A stretch of DNA of 41,941 bases, from NCBI GenBank assembly GCA_001599295.1, contig BCGN01000004.1:1861676-1903616 (forward strand). Direction: 5' to 3'. Of the stretch, positions 1 to 11,200 are shown piece by piece. Source of the DNA: Sporopachydermia quercuum. Taxonomy: Eukaryota. Both the position numbers and the translations under genes were made by a program. Under the pieces are notes generated by a model, which was given only the letters and a program-made list of their open reading frames with translations, was not told the DNA's origin and searched no databases. The stretch's first letter is position 1. Every line of letters starts with the position of its first letter.

Positions 1-1770
1 GAAAGCTGATACCAATGCTTTTAATTTGGGATCGCCGTTGGTGTTAACAGAATAGCCATCACTTTCCTCATCGCTTTCTAGCTTTTTGTTCAACTCTAAT
101 ATTGAAATAACAGCTTCAAGGTAGACATGAAATGGTGATAAAGAATTCTCTTCTATAGGTAAGTTTCCTACCGTTTGTACTTGTTGTTTAGATTTTATAT
201 AGCCATTGATTAGAATAACCAATGTGGAAAATGATCTTTGGCTTTTTCCATCAAGAAATGCAAATATTCTCTGTAGCTCCAGCAGAAACTGGCCGTTTAT
301 TCCAACAGATTTGTCCGTTGTTGCCGATGTGCCGTTCAGTATACATTCATCCTCGTCAAAGATAACCATATCTTCTTCGTAGCCTCTCCACCAGTAAGGA
401 TTGAATCCGTAGTTGTTGAAATGATGGATATCCAGAACAATGTCTCTTATCAATGGAATTGAATGTAAGATCATTAGAGAGCCAGCTAGTTGGGGAATTG
501 CTTTGTTCGGTAGTAGAATTGGAGGCCTAGAAAAGGAAGATGTTGTGTTAGATTGTGTCCTGACAAGAGTTAAGGAATACATATGTTAAAGAAGTAATGA
601 TGCTAACTGTTACAGGATCGAGTTAGGTGTCAATTAATAATGGCATCTTTAGTGCGAAGCGGCCAATTAGGCCATTGATCGCTATTCCAGATCCTTAAAT
701 GAAGACTTCAATCCCGCTCCGCTAGATAGCTCAAGAAGAACATTATTGCTATACTCAGATCGACTGATTTGAATTCGTTGAAATTTTATATTAAACTCCC
801 ATACGCTTTTCCCAATTCTCCTCTCTCTCTTAAACAGTTCTCTGCGTCAAATTCTACTTACTCCGATAATTTTCTAATCCAAGACTCACTACTTTCTAGA
901 ATTGAATGATTTTCTTCAGATTTCTTGAGAAAATGAAATAAACTCTCTGCTGTCACATATTCAACCATTTCCTCATTTCTTTCATCGTATTCGCTGGGTA
1001 CTGAGTGAGGCACATTTATCTCCAATGATATTTTATAATCACTACTATAATCATCATGACCAATATTGTAGTGACTGTGATTGTGATGAGTATCTGATGC
1101 TTTATGGTGATCATTGTTATGGATATGAATATCATAAGCACTATCTGATGGTATTGCATTTTCTCCTAAAGAAACTAGATTAGTAGTGCTTTGTTCTTCN
1201 GATGTAGCTTCTGACTGACCATTTTCATCACCAACCATTCGTTCTTTCACATTAATATAATTATTGGGATTTTGGCTGTATGCATTAGAATCACTGGGTT
1301 GATCTGATTGATTGTCGTTAGAATATGAATTGGGAATCAACAAAAACCTGTTGAGCAGCTTTGGAAGTAGATTGAATTTGCAAAAGTAGATTCAATTTCA
1401 TAATCATAGACATACCATACTGACGCTAAGAGACTGTTAGTTAATGCTAACTAGGATAAAGTGTACATTCAAATCCAGTCAAATATGTACAACAAGACAG
1501 TTAAGACATATACAATACAAGACAACATACATCTGGTTCGGGACCACTCAAAATGTACTCAATTGCTGCTGATACATCATTTTTACAGACCTGAATTGTT
1601 AGTATGAGACAATATTCATATTCATCAATAACTTACAAAAATTGAAACAAACAAGTTCCCCAGGGTGAGCCCTCCTCTCGTTTACTTACTTTCAATGCAA
1701 CTTCTGCTTGTTCTTTGGTAAACCCCATCGATAGTATCGCTTGGATTCTTGACTCCATGTGTTGTGACAT
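1..1770 (-). CDS. RUP1: Multi-exon UBA-domain protein, Rup1-like (Rsp5/Ubp2 adaptor); 3' end runs off the window
   Basis: Exon 1770-1690 (MSQHMESRIQAILSMGFTKEQAEVALK), intron 1689-1591 (GTAAGT..TACTAAC..CAG) and exon 1590-1531 (VCKNDVSAAIEYILSGPEPD) together form a UBA domain. The low-complexity ORF 858-1343 is an internal exon ending at a GTAAGT donor (861). Exon 526-1 has LHSIPLIRD..YGFNPYWWRG..FLLELQRIFAFLD..RSF, which I recognise as Rup1-family. Internal junctions at 1530-1347 and 861-527 are not fully resolved. Confidence 0.75.
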
Positions 1771-2628
1771 TATAGAATGGTTCAATTGTATCCAATAGAC
1801 ACCCACTATGTAGTTCGAGCTGCTGTATCTTTCACTGGTTCATCACCTGGTTGATCGCTTTCCTTTACGTTTCAGTAAATAAAGGAGATGGCTGATTGTT
1901 AGATTGGGTTGCTTATTGTCAGGCGAATTGATTAACATAAAATTCACATGTTTCGGGAAGTCTGATTGTTAGTTTCATTGTTAGGTTAGTCAGTAATGGT
2001 AAGAGTTGCCCCCTGGTATTGCCGTTAGGAAAATTGAGAAGCTTACTACTTTGGGTATTTTTGAANTGATAAGGATTTTTCTAAGAAATAATAGAAAAAA
2101 CTGAGAAAATATGAAGAATCGAATTGAATAACTGAATAACTATGAGAATTGTAAGATTATTAGCCATCCCAGTAGGTAAAAGCCATATCTTAGTTACAGG
2201 ATTCTTANTTTAGAAGTGTTTATAGTGTTGAGAAATTCCTCACTATGGTCTAGAAGAGTCTATTCATTGATTGCCGTAGCAAGTTTACTTTTATTCTACT
2301 TCAAATTGATATCTTGGTACTATATTATGACCATGGAATATGATATCAAATTATGCTGGGTAATTGCTTCATATATACATTTTGATAGAAAGTGTATTAC
2401 ATAATCAAATGAACCTTTCCATCAATATGCCTCGATGCTTATTGGATCTTTCTCTAACAAAGGAAAGTCATTAATAGTACTACAGCTGAATATATCCCCG
2501 CTTTGCCATAATCTATACATTATCCATTCACTGCCAATCCAAACTGTAGTAAAAACGTTTCCAGTGCCAATACGACCATTATTTGTGCCTTTCTCAGCTT
2601 TTAATTGTGCTTCTGTCCTANCATTACN

Positions 2629-3915
2629 CTAAACATCAAATTTGACAACTGGTTGATAATAGACTGGACACTTCCAATAACTCTGTTTCACACCATCCCA
2701 GACTTCATTTTCAACTTTCCAAACACTATCAGGAACATTATATAGTATAAACTCAGTCTTTAATCCATAATCTGCCAAATCTAGCTCCACAACTTTCTTG
2801 TAGACATCNTATGTAATTTGTCTATCAGCGCCAAGTCCATTGAAAAATGAAAATGTACCTTCAGGTTTCAATAGTCCAACAATCAAGTCAAATAAATCTA
2901 GCATATCTTCATACTTTTCACTGAAAGTGTCATAATAAATTCCATCGAAATATTCACCTTTCAGCAATAGTCCTGGTAATGTATCTTGCCATCTACCTTC
3001 CAATATTGTAACGTTCTCTTTTTCGTACCAACCATCTTCTTTCATCTTCTTCAAAACGTCAGGATGTGCTTCACAAATGATATGCGATTTCGGATTCATT
3101 TCCTGAATGAATGAATCAATTATCCCCAGTCCAAATCCAATGTTAATTATGCTAGCATTACTGGGGTCGTTGTCTTCTACTGACGAAAATAATGATTCTT
3201 CCCCCAATTTCATAATATCTGTCTCCCAATCCATCATCACACCATCTTTATGTTCTTTGGTAAGCAATCTACCATCCTCATACTGCAATTCTGTTTTTAA
3301 GTAAGTTTCCTGATTATGACTTGCATCAGACGTATTTCGAGCATTATCTTGTCCTTCCGATGATATGTTATCCACAATGAGGTTCTTTTCTTGTTCTGAT
3401 GCATCNTGAATCTCTTCTTTTGATATACTTATTAGTTCATTCTCATCCTTGTCTTCATCAGCTGTTCCAAGCTCTTCTATATCTTCTATGATCTCAATAG
3501 TATTATTTTCAACTTTTCTCAATAGCAGTTCTGCTCTAACTCCAGCAGCAACAAATTTCTCATAGATCAATCTATCAAGCTTCCTTCTATTACATATACA
3601 TCCCGGAGTTTCTAAATTTTTATCTAGTAATGCCCAACCTGCACCCCATTCAAATAAAACATCAATTAGCTTCAAAGCAACTTCCAATTCTTCCTTTTCT
3701 TGTTGTTCTCCATCCGCATCTTGTCGAGATGGGAATGTTTCCATTAAAATATGAAGACCTGTTGATCCATCATATCCTTCGTTTGATGTATCTTCAACAT
3801 CTTCAATTGTAGTGGTAGGAGATTCCCCTTTTTTCAGTAGCTGACGTAACTTATCGATTCTGTCACTTTTGAAGTTTCCTGTCTCATACTTGAATAAATC
3901 CAATAGTTCACTCAT
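2629..3915 (-). CDS. RMT2: Protein arginine N-methyltransferase 2 (Rmt2)
   Basis: GAGW..LD...ETPGC, GVRAELLL, DGVMMDWET, NIGFGLGIID, ICEAHP, GRWQD, FDGIYYDTFSE and FSFFNGLGAD motifs. First ATG at 3915; the ORF track starts at a TTG. Two ambiguous bases lie inside. Confidence 0.95.
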   Translation of the reverse strand: MSELLDLFKYETGNFKSDRIDKLRQLLKKGESPTTTIEDVEDTSNEGYDGSTGLHILMETFPSRQDADGEQQEKEELEVALKLIDVLFEWGAGWALLDKNLETPGCICNRRKLDRLIYEKFVAAGVRAELLLRKVENNTIEIIEDIEELGTADEDKDENELISISKEEIXDASEQEKNLIVDNISSEGQDNARNTSDASHNQETYLKTELQYEDGRLLTKEHKDGVMMDWETDIMKLGEESLFSSVEDNDPSNASIINIGFGLGIIDSFIQEMNPKSHIICEAHPDVLKKMKEDGWYEKENVTILEGRWQDTLPGLLLKGEYFDGIYYDTFSEKYEDMLDLFDLIVGLLKPEGTFSFFNGLGADRQITXDVYKKVVELDLADYGLKTEFILYNVPDSVWKVENEVWDGVKQSYWKCPVYYQPVVKFDV

Positions 3916-4165
3916 AATGGATGAAGATGGATAACTGAACACAACACTTGACGTATACCCAATGATCAAGTAGTACAAACCTTGAGAAAAAGAACAATCA
4001 ATAGGATCGGTTCAATGCCAAACTAAATGCTTTTTTAAAATAAAGAAAAGTATAAAGAAATCCATTGTATAATAGCATAAACTACTACAGAATGAATAAG
4101 AAAAAATAATCTTCAGAAGATAATGAAAAATAAAAAAATTATGAAAAAATCATATAAAAAAGTAA

Positions 4166-4237
4166 TTCCGATGCGGGGAGTCGAACCCCGGTTTGCCCGG
4201 TGAAAGCGGACCGTGCTAGCCGTTACACTACATCGGA
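4166..4237 (-). tRNA. tRNA-Glu, anticodon TTC, intronless
   Basis: Minus strand TCCGATGTAGTGTAACGGCTAGCACGGTCCGCTTTCACCGGGCAAACCGGGGTTCGACTCCCCGCATCGGAA has acceptor stem TCCGATG/CATCGGA, loop CT-TTC-AC and a GGTTCGACTCC T-arm. Confidence 0.96.
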
Positions 4238-4240
4238 TTC

Positions 4241-4749
4241 TGTAATAATGTGTTAGTGTCTGATCATACATCATTCAGTAAAATAAAATGAATTTTAAGA
4301 AAAATTGAAGAATTGTATTAGAATTCTTACTCTTTTTCCTTCTTCTCCTTCCTTTTCTTATTAATTAGAAAGAGAAGAATGAGAGTAAATAATCAGCGAA
4401 GTAAATAGTATATATATATAAAAGGTACAAATAGAAATATAGATAGATGTGAAATGCCAATGTGTCACGTGAAAGGTCACGTGGTTTAGTAATAAGTAAT
4501 GCATAGCTGGTTGTTACAAATAATTTTTTGCCTAATAGTATATAATGCAGTAAATAACAATGAAGAATTGTATTAAGATCCTTACCCCTTTTCATTCCTA
4601 TCCTATTTTTTATTATTAGAAAGAAAAGAGTAAAAATAATCNGCAATGTCAGTGTTCTAAATATGAAAGCTACAAAGAGGAATAATGAATAGTTGGAAGG
4701 TAATGTGTCACGTGGAAGGTCGCGTGGACTGAGTGATAAGTTTGTTACA
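4241..4749. repeat. Degenerate tandem duplication (~245-255 bp unit) directly upstream of the tRNA; possible solo-LTR relics
   Basis: Shared blocks are TGAAGAATTGTATTA (4307/4561), AATGTGTCACGTG.AAGGTC.CGTGG (4459/4702) and TTGTTACA (ending 4518/4749). The first unit starts TGTAATAA at 4241, a 7/8 inverted match to TTGTTACA. No target duplication found. Confidence 0.6.
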
Positions 4750-4832
4750 ACGGTCTAAAAAGTAGAACAGTGCTTAGACTTGAATTAATTAGCTTGATAA
4801 TGAATAGATGGGGATATCTTACTACGAAACAA

Positions 4833-4856
4833 TTTTTTTTTTTTTTTTTTTTTTTT
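4833..4856. repeat. Poly(T)24 tract
   Basis: Directly visible homopolymer. Confidence 0.9.
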
Positions 4857-5608
4857 GATAACGATTAATGATTCTATTTGAAACGCTCAGCCTGTACTAA
4901 GTTATCATTGACAATATTCNTGTGGTGGTAATTGATGGTAGGCAAAAAGATCCAAATTACCTGGCAACTGTAGACGAGAAAAGGATTCGCGATAAGGAAA
5001 CTCATAGATATGACGATACACGAGCGATAGTGTTATCGAATGGTTTATAGAGGTTAACATGAAATGCCTTTGGCAATTTCTCAATTTTGAATTTCTTTTC
5101 TTGTAAGCTTGAACACATTTTATACATACATATTGTTCATAATGCTGCTCTCCATTTCTTTAAGTATTTATGTATTATTGGGATATTACTATGCGTATCA
5201 AATTACTTCGGTATAATATTTAGGTTTTGCATCAAAACTAAACCTAAAGGCTGGTTGATAATTTAAATGACTTAAGCCCTCAACCTTAATTCTACTGGTA
5301 TGTTGTACGTAAAATTAAGATAACTGGGCAACAGCAAAAGAAATAGTATTGAGCTAGTCGTAGATCTTAGATAGGAGTTAATACTTGATTCTACCTTCAA
5401 CAAATGATTCTTATGCTAGATCGACATATTTTATGCTCTTCAATCTGTACACATGAGGAGTTCAAACAACCCGAGATCGTTCAAATTAGCAGCTAAGAAA
5501 ATCTCTAAGAGACCGTGTCGCTTTTTCTGTTGTATGACTTCCTTGCACCATTATCTACTTGTTGCGTTGCGTTGCTTGCGATGAACAANCTTCGAAGGTT
5601 TTACAACA

Positions 5609-7441
5609 ATGGTAGTTGCTACTGATAATATGAACATAATTCGGTTCAAGCTGGAGGGAGCTTGTAAGATTCACAAATCAAANAAATTTACAAGAAACCG
5701 AACAGGTTGTTTGAATTGTAAGAAAAAGAAGAGGAAGTGCGATGAAAGGAAACCAATCTGCAGTTCTTGCAAGAGGTCGAATAAAGAATGTTGCTATGAT
5801 ACTATTCTTAGTTTTAAATCAGAGAACATGATAACAAGAAGACATTGCGAGCCATTTGTTAGATTATCGAAGTATCAAATGGAGAACTGGCTGTTTCTTA
5901 ATTCAACTTGTGAAGACATCATGCTGTCACATTCAGTTAGTAGTGAATATGAGCATGATGATGAAACCTCCTGTCATTTTCGTTATAGTTTCAACACTGA
6001 GTTGCAACATAACAGGAAATTTACTATAGAGTACTTTGATACTCAAGTTGTCGAAACGTCAGGTAATCTTGATGATTCCGATGGAGCATTAGATTCTGAT
6101 GGAACAAATGAGAATGAAAATGTTGAAAGTACGACATGTGCTTTGCAAAAGCTAGTGCCAGCTGAGAATTTAGAGAAACAACTTTTCAATCACTATGTTT
6201 CGAATGTCAGTTGCAGAAAGGCTTTTGCTATAACCGAGCATAATGAATTCAAGTCACTCATCATACCAAATCTTGAAAAGTTTCCTGCTTTATTTGAAGC
6301 AGTTTTAGCCCTTTCAGCAAGTGATATGTTCCATAGAACAAGCGATACCACATTCAAAGAATTGGCCCTTAGATATAAAGAACAATCAATTAATAATCTC
6401 CATTCTGTTCTTGATCAACATGAGTCCAACGAAGTCTTTTTGAATAGTCGCGATGATAACGGAACCATCACAGGTCTCGTTTCCTGTATCTTAGTCTTAT
6501 GCACCTTAGAAATTGGGGATAAAAACAATTGTTCTTGGCATACTTACTTGAAAGAAGCTTCTTTGGTATTTTGCAATATTGAAGAAGCTGATATTCTCAA
6601 ATCTAATATTCTCAATTTTGCTTATCGCTATTTCACTCTACGATATATTCTTTTTCTTACAACAACCACTCAAGCAGAATTTGATATGTTTACTGAAACT
6701 TCTCCGTGGCCAATCTTAGACCGATTCTTTGATGATGATATTGTTGATCACGTTTTGGGCTGTTCACCTAGATTATTGCAGCAGATCTATTTAATCTCAA
6801 AACTGAGATTTAGTTTTCTTGATGAAACTATTACGTTAGCTGATTTCACTAATCAGTACGTTGATTTGTATGAAAAGTTGTCAAGTCTTGAACAGCAGAT
6901 CAGTGATTTCGCTAATAAAACTCAATCCGAGCAGTTATTACTTTGCTCAACAGCCTATCATTACAGCACTATGCTTTATTTTCATGTTTCTTTATCAAGG
7001 TTGGTAATAATGAAGAAAGCAAATGACGTTTCAACTATTAGTTTCCAATCCGAAATCAAGAAAAGATTCAAATCTGAATACTCTTATTATCCCAAACGAT
7101 TATTAAATCATTTGATCTCGTTACTAAGGAAAACAAGTATTCTATCTAAAGCTAATCAACAAGGCTGTCCTTTATTCCCAACTTGGTGTTTATTCATTTT
7201 ATCGGTATGCGATGGTTTCAGTTCTTCCCATGATATAGCAAAAGATCATGAATGTCAAAGAAGAACTGTTATGAAACTACTGAATTCTATTATTCAATTA
7301 TGGCCAAAATCATCTGTTCAAAAAATCAAAATTGCTATTGAAACAATTTGGAAAATTTTGGATTTAAATGCTGATTTGAAAGATTTAACTGATTGGAGAG
7401 AAGTTTTAGATAGAGCTGGTTTCAAACTTGCTTTGACATAG
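5609..7441 (+). CDS. Zn2Cys6 transcription factor of the Lys14/Uga3/Moc3 type (C-terminal Fungal_trans_2-like domain)
   Basis: KFTRNRTGCLNCKKKKRKCDERKPICSSCKRSNKECCY binuclear cluster. LFNHYVSNVS, ALFEAVLALSA, ILVLCTLEIGD..W and GCSPRLL motifs, with a C-terminal DWREVLDRAG. Confidence 0.9.
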   Translation: MVVATDNMNIIRFKLEGACKIHKSXKFTRNRTGCLNCKKKKRKCDERKPICSSCKRSNKECCYDTILSFKSENMITRRHCEPFVRLSKYQMENWLFLNSTCEDIMLSHSVSSEYEHDDETSCHFRYSFNTELQHNRKFTIEYFDTQVVETSGNLDDSDGALDSDGTNENENVESTTCALQKLVPAENLEKQLFNHYVSNVSCRKAFAITEHNEFKSLIIPNLEKFPALFEAVLALSASDMFHRTSDTTFKELALRYKEQSINNLHSVLDQHESNEVFLNSRDDNGTITGLVSCILVLCTLEIGDKNNCSWHTYLKEASLVFCNIEEADILKSNILNFAYRYFTLRYILFLTTTTQAEFDMFTETSPWPILDRFFDDDIVDHVLGCSPRLLQQIYLISKLRFSFLDETITLADFTNQYVDLYEKLSSLEQQISDFANKTQSEQLLLCSTAYHYSTMLYFHVSLSRLVIMKKANDVSTISFQSEIKKRFKSEYSYYPKRLLNHLISLLRKTSILSKANQQGCPLFPTWCLFILSVCDGFSSSHDIAKDHECQRRTVMKLLNSIIQLWPKSSVQKIKIAIETIWKILDLNADLKDLTDWREVLDRAGFKLALT

Positions 7442-8070
7442 TGTAACTTTACAGCTTTTATTTTATAGTTCAGTTTTGGTATTTGTTTCTTGTTATTACT
7501 GTTGTTTTAACTTAATGGTATTCTTGGTTTGATTTTAAGAATTGGTTTATAGGAATAATTAATAATGACATTTAATTGATTAAGTTATCTTTCTTATGTA
7601 GGTGATCACCAAAAAAAGGTTATGGATGATAAATTCTTTCTACAAATGATCAATTAAAAAGGGGCCAATACTCTTCTTCTAAATTCGAAGAACGAAAGGA
7701 AGTAACACTTTTCAGCAATCTTCCATTTCAACAAAGCTAGGAAGGCAGAAGAACTGAAACGGTTGATATTCCGTTTTGCATTACATTTACGGTCTTCCTC
7801 TTTCTCTCTTTACTTCTTAAATTGAATTTTTTTTTTTTTATTCAAGTATGGTTCTCATTGGCCACAACGATAATGGACAAGAGTCGAATGTACTGATACT
7901 ACTTTAATCCTACAATTTTGTTTCCAACTGCTATTATTGGGAAGAGAAGACTCATAATTGCTCATCATCCCTTCTGTATGAAAAGTCTAAAACAACGAAT
8001 AATTTGACGATTAATATGATGTTCTAGAAATGTTCTCAGAATCCCAATATCAAGAGTATAATACTTTCTG

Positions 8071-8088
8071 TCTCTCTCTCTCTCTCTC
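8071..8088. repeat. (TC)9 microsatellite
   Basis: Directly visible between the convergent TF and oxoprolinase-like genes. Confidence 0.85.
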
Positions 8089-8250
8089 AAGGATAAGTCT
8101 ACATTCTTTTATATTATCTACAAGTATTCAAAATATAAACAAACGAAAACAATTACCAATTACTTATTACCCTTATATAAAAAATTATAATCATATAAAT
8201 GAACCAACCAATATAAAATATCTACTGCAACAACAATTTTAGTAAGTTAA

Positions 8251-11200
8251 TTATTGTGAGGTCTTCATGGAATCATGGAAAGCAGAAACTGATCCATGAG
8301 CTCTTGGAATATTGACTTTTGTTTGTTGCTTACCATTTCCTTCACAATCACACTTTTCTTCAACAGGACCATAACCACCTCCACCTGGAGTTGAAATCTT
8401 AAGGATATCACCAGGATGAAACTCGATTTCTGCAGTAGGGCCCAAATGTTTCCAGAAGATCCTTTTACTCTTAGGATCAAATCTTCCTAATTGATTAAGG
8501 CCCCTACCACCATTTTCACCACCGGCCATACCGTAAGGAGGGAAAACTCTTCGCTGAGTTAAAACTGAACCGTGACAATCTTGAGTAAACTGCAGTTCTC
8601 TAATCAAACCATCACCGCCATTCCATTTGCCTCTACCACCAGATCCCTTTCTAACAGAGAATTGCTTCAACCAGCATGGATATCTTTGTTCCAAGACTTC
8701 AGGATCAGTCATAAGAGTATTGGTCATGTTACATTGAGTACCGCTAAAACCATTGAATCCATTACCAGCACCAGATCCACCCCCAATGGTTTCGCAAAAA
8801 CCGAAACCTCCGACGACTTCACCAGTCTTAGGATCAATACCACCTTGACCGAAACAAATACAATTCATGCAACCGTAAGATGCAGCAACAGTACCAAATG
8901 CCTTCAAGATAGTATCAGTGATCTTTTGAGAAGTAATACCATTCCCACCAGAAATAGCAGCAGTTGGGCCAGGATTGAGTAAACAGTTTTCAGGGATAAT
9001 AATGGTGATAGGATCCAGGACACCTTCATTCAAAGGTAAATCACCATCGGTGATATGACATCTCAAGCAGTAGGTAATACAAGCGCATACAACACACTTA
9101 GGAGCATTGAAACAATTGTAAGCTTCATCATCAGTACCCGTGAAATCAAATACTGCATCACCAGTTTCTTCATCAATATCAACGGAAACTTGGATTCTAG
9201 CGCCATCATCCATATAATCAACAGCAACTAGAGGTAATTGACCTCTCTTTTCAACAGCAACAGATTTCAAGAATCTTCGAACTGAATCAGATGAAGTGTC
9301 CTTGATAGCCTTCATATAGAATAACACGGTCTCAGTACCATACTCTCTAAAGACTTCTTGCAATAAAGAGATACCCTTACTATTAGCAGCAACCTGCGCC
9401 TTCAAGTCAGCAATATTATCTGCAACCTTTCTTGAGGGTGATGAGCCAGGTAACTTCATTGGTTCTTCAGTGAAATACTTATGAACACCATCATAATCAA
9501 ACTGACCATTTTGAACAACCTTCCAGGCAATAAATTTAGCACCTTCTTCGTCTAAGGAAGTAGCATTTGAATCCATACTACCAGCTTTAGTTCCACCGAT
9601 TTCAGCATGATGAGCTCTGTTACCAACATAGAATCTAATCTTACCATCAATAAAAACAGGAGAAATCAATGTTATATCAGGTAAATGAGAACCCATAGCA
9701 CTAGGATGATTGGTTGCTAAAATGTCACCGGGTTGAATATCACCATTCCAATGCTTAATTTGATATTTAACGGCAAACGACATAGAACTCAAATGAACTG
9801 GTACAGCTGGAGCATTAGCAACCAAGTTACCTTCATCATCAAATAAGGCACAAGAAAAATCCATTCTTTCCTTAATATTGGCACTGACTGATACCTTCTT
9901 CAAAGTAGAGCACATTGATTCAGCAATGGCCATAAACCTATGAGAGAAGATAGACAACTGAATATGATCAACAACGGTTGGCTTTTCAAGGTCGTTTCCC
10001 TTGGGTGATTGGTCCTTAACATCAATGATAACATGGTTAGTTAGCACAGTTAATTGAGAACCTGGTTCCAATAATAATGTTTGAGTAGCATCCAGAACTA
10101 ATGCTGGACCATTGATGATAGTTCCTTTCTCCAAATCTTCTAACTTATAAACTTTTGAAGATTGCAAGCCATTGTCAAAGTAAATATCAGTGGTCGTAGT
10201 TGCCTTGTCAGCAGAAACTTCCTTGGTTTGAATACTGTTCAATTCAGTGAAAGGAGCAGTATCTGAATTTGAGTTGTTGATATCAGCAAAAGCTCTAACA
10301 CGGATATCAGAAACAATAACATCTCTTGACTTATCATTAAATGAGAACTCTCGTTCATGTTCAATGTAGAATTGTTCAATAAAACTAAAGTTCTTTTTTT
10401 CTAAATCTTCTCTTATCATGATTTTAGAATCAGAGCCAGAATAACACATATTTAAGAAAATTTCGAATTGNATTAATTCTTCAGGAATATTTTGCTCAAG
10501 TAAAGATTTCTTGGACTTTTCTTTTAAAGCATCAATCTTTGGGACAATCTCATCATCAGCATTTTCTTTGTAAGGAATAGCAGTCGGTAGAATAGTTTCT
10601 TCGACAACATCAGCAAGAGCAATACCGTAAGCAGATAGNATAGAGGAGTACTTGTGAATTATAACTCTACTGATACCTAATTCTTTAGCTAGGGAATTAG
10701 CATGTTGGCCTCCAGCACCACCTAATGACACTAAGTTATGCTTAGAAATTTGGTAACCTTTATTTTCAGTCAACTGTCTCATTGGTTTAGCCATTGTAAC
10801 ATTGGCAACTTGTAAGAATCCATATGCAACTTCTAAAGGAGTCTTTGGCTTAGAGTTTGGATTATCAGCATTGATTTGATTCGCAAGTTTGGTAAATGCT
10901 TCAACAACTAGATCTTTATCTAGTGGTTCATCTTCGTTAGGACCGAAAATCTTAGGGAAGAACTCAGGTAAAATTCTTCCACACATTAGATTAGCATCAG
11001 TTATTGTTAAGAAGCCATTCTTCTTGTAACAAATTGGACCAGGATGGGCACCGGCAGATTCAGGGCCAACATTGTATAAATGATTCTTGTAGGTTAGAAT
11101 GGAACCACCACCAGCAGCAACAGTGTTGATATCTAACTGAGGAGCAGCGATCTTGATTCCTGCCACAGTGGTTTCAAAAATATGAGCATAATGTCCGTCA

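Noticed and set aside
858..1343. 161-aa ORF as a stand-alone gene
   Set aside because: It starts at TTG and its stop lies within a GTAAGT donor; it is an internal exon of the RUP1-like gene.
1885..1995. Repeated CTGATTGTTAG / ATTGTTAG motif upstream of RUP1
   Set aside because: Only 2-3 short copies. It could be branch-point-like (CTAACAATCAG) or a factor site, but there is nothing to distinguish these.
2216..2632. Short + strand ORFs between RUP1 and RMT2
   Set aside because: AT-rich with no recognisable motif; likely spurious.
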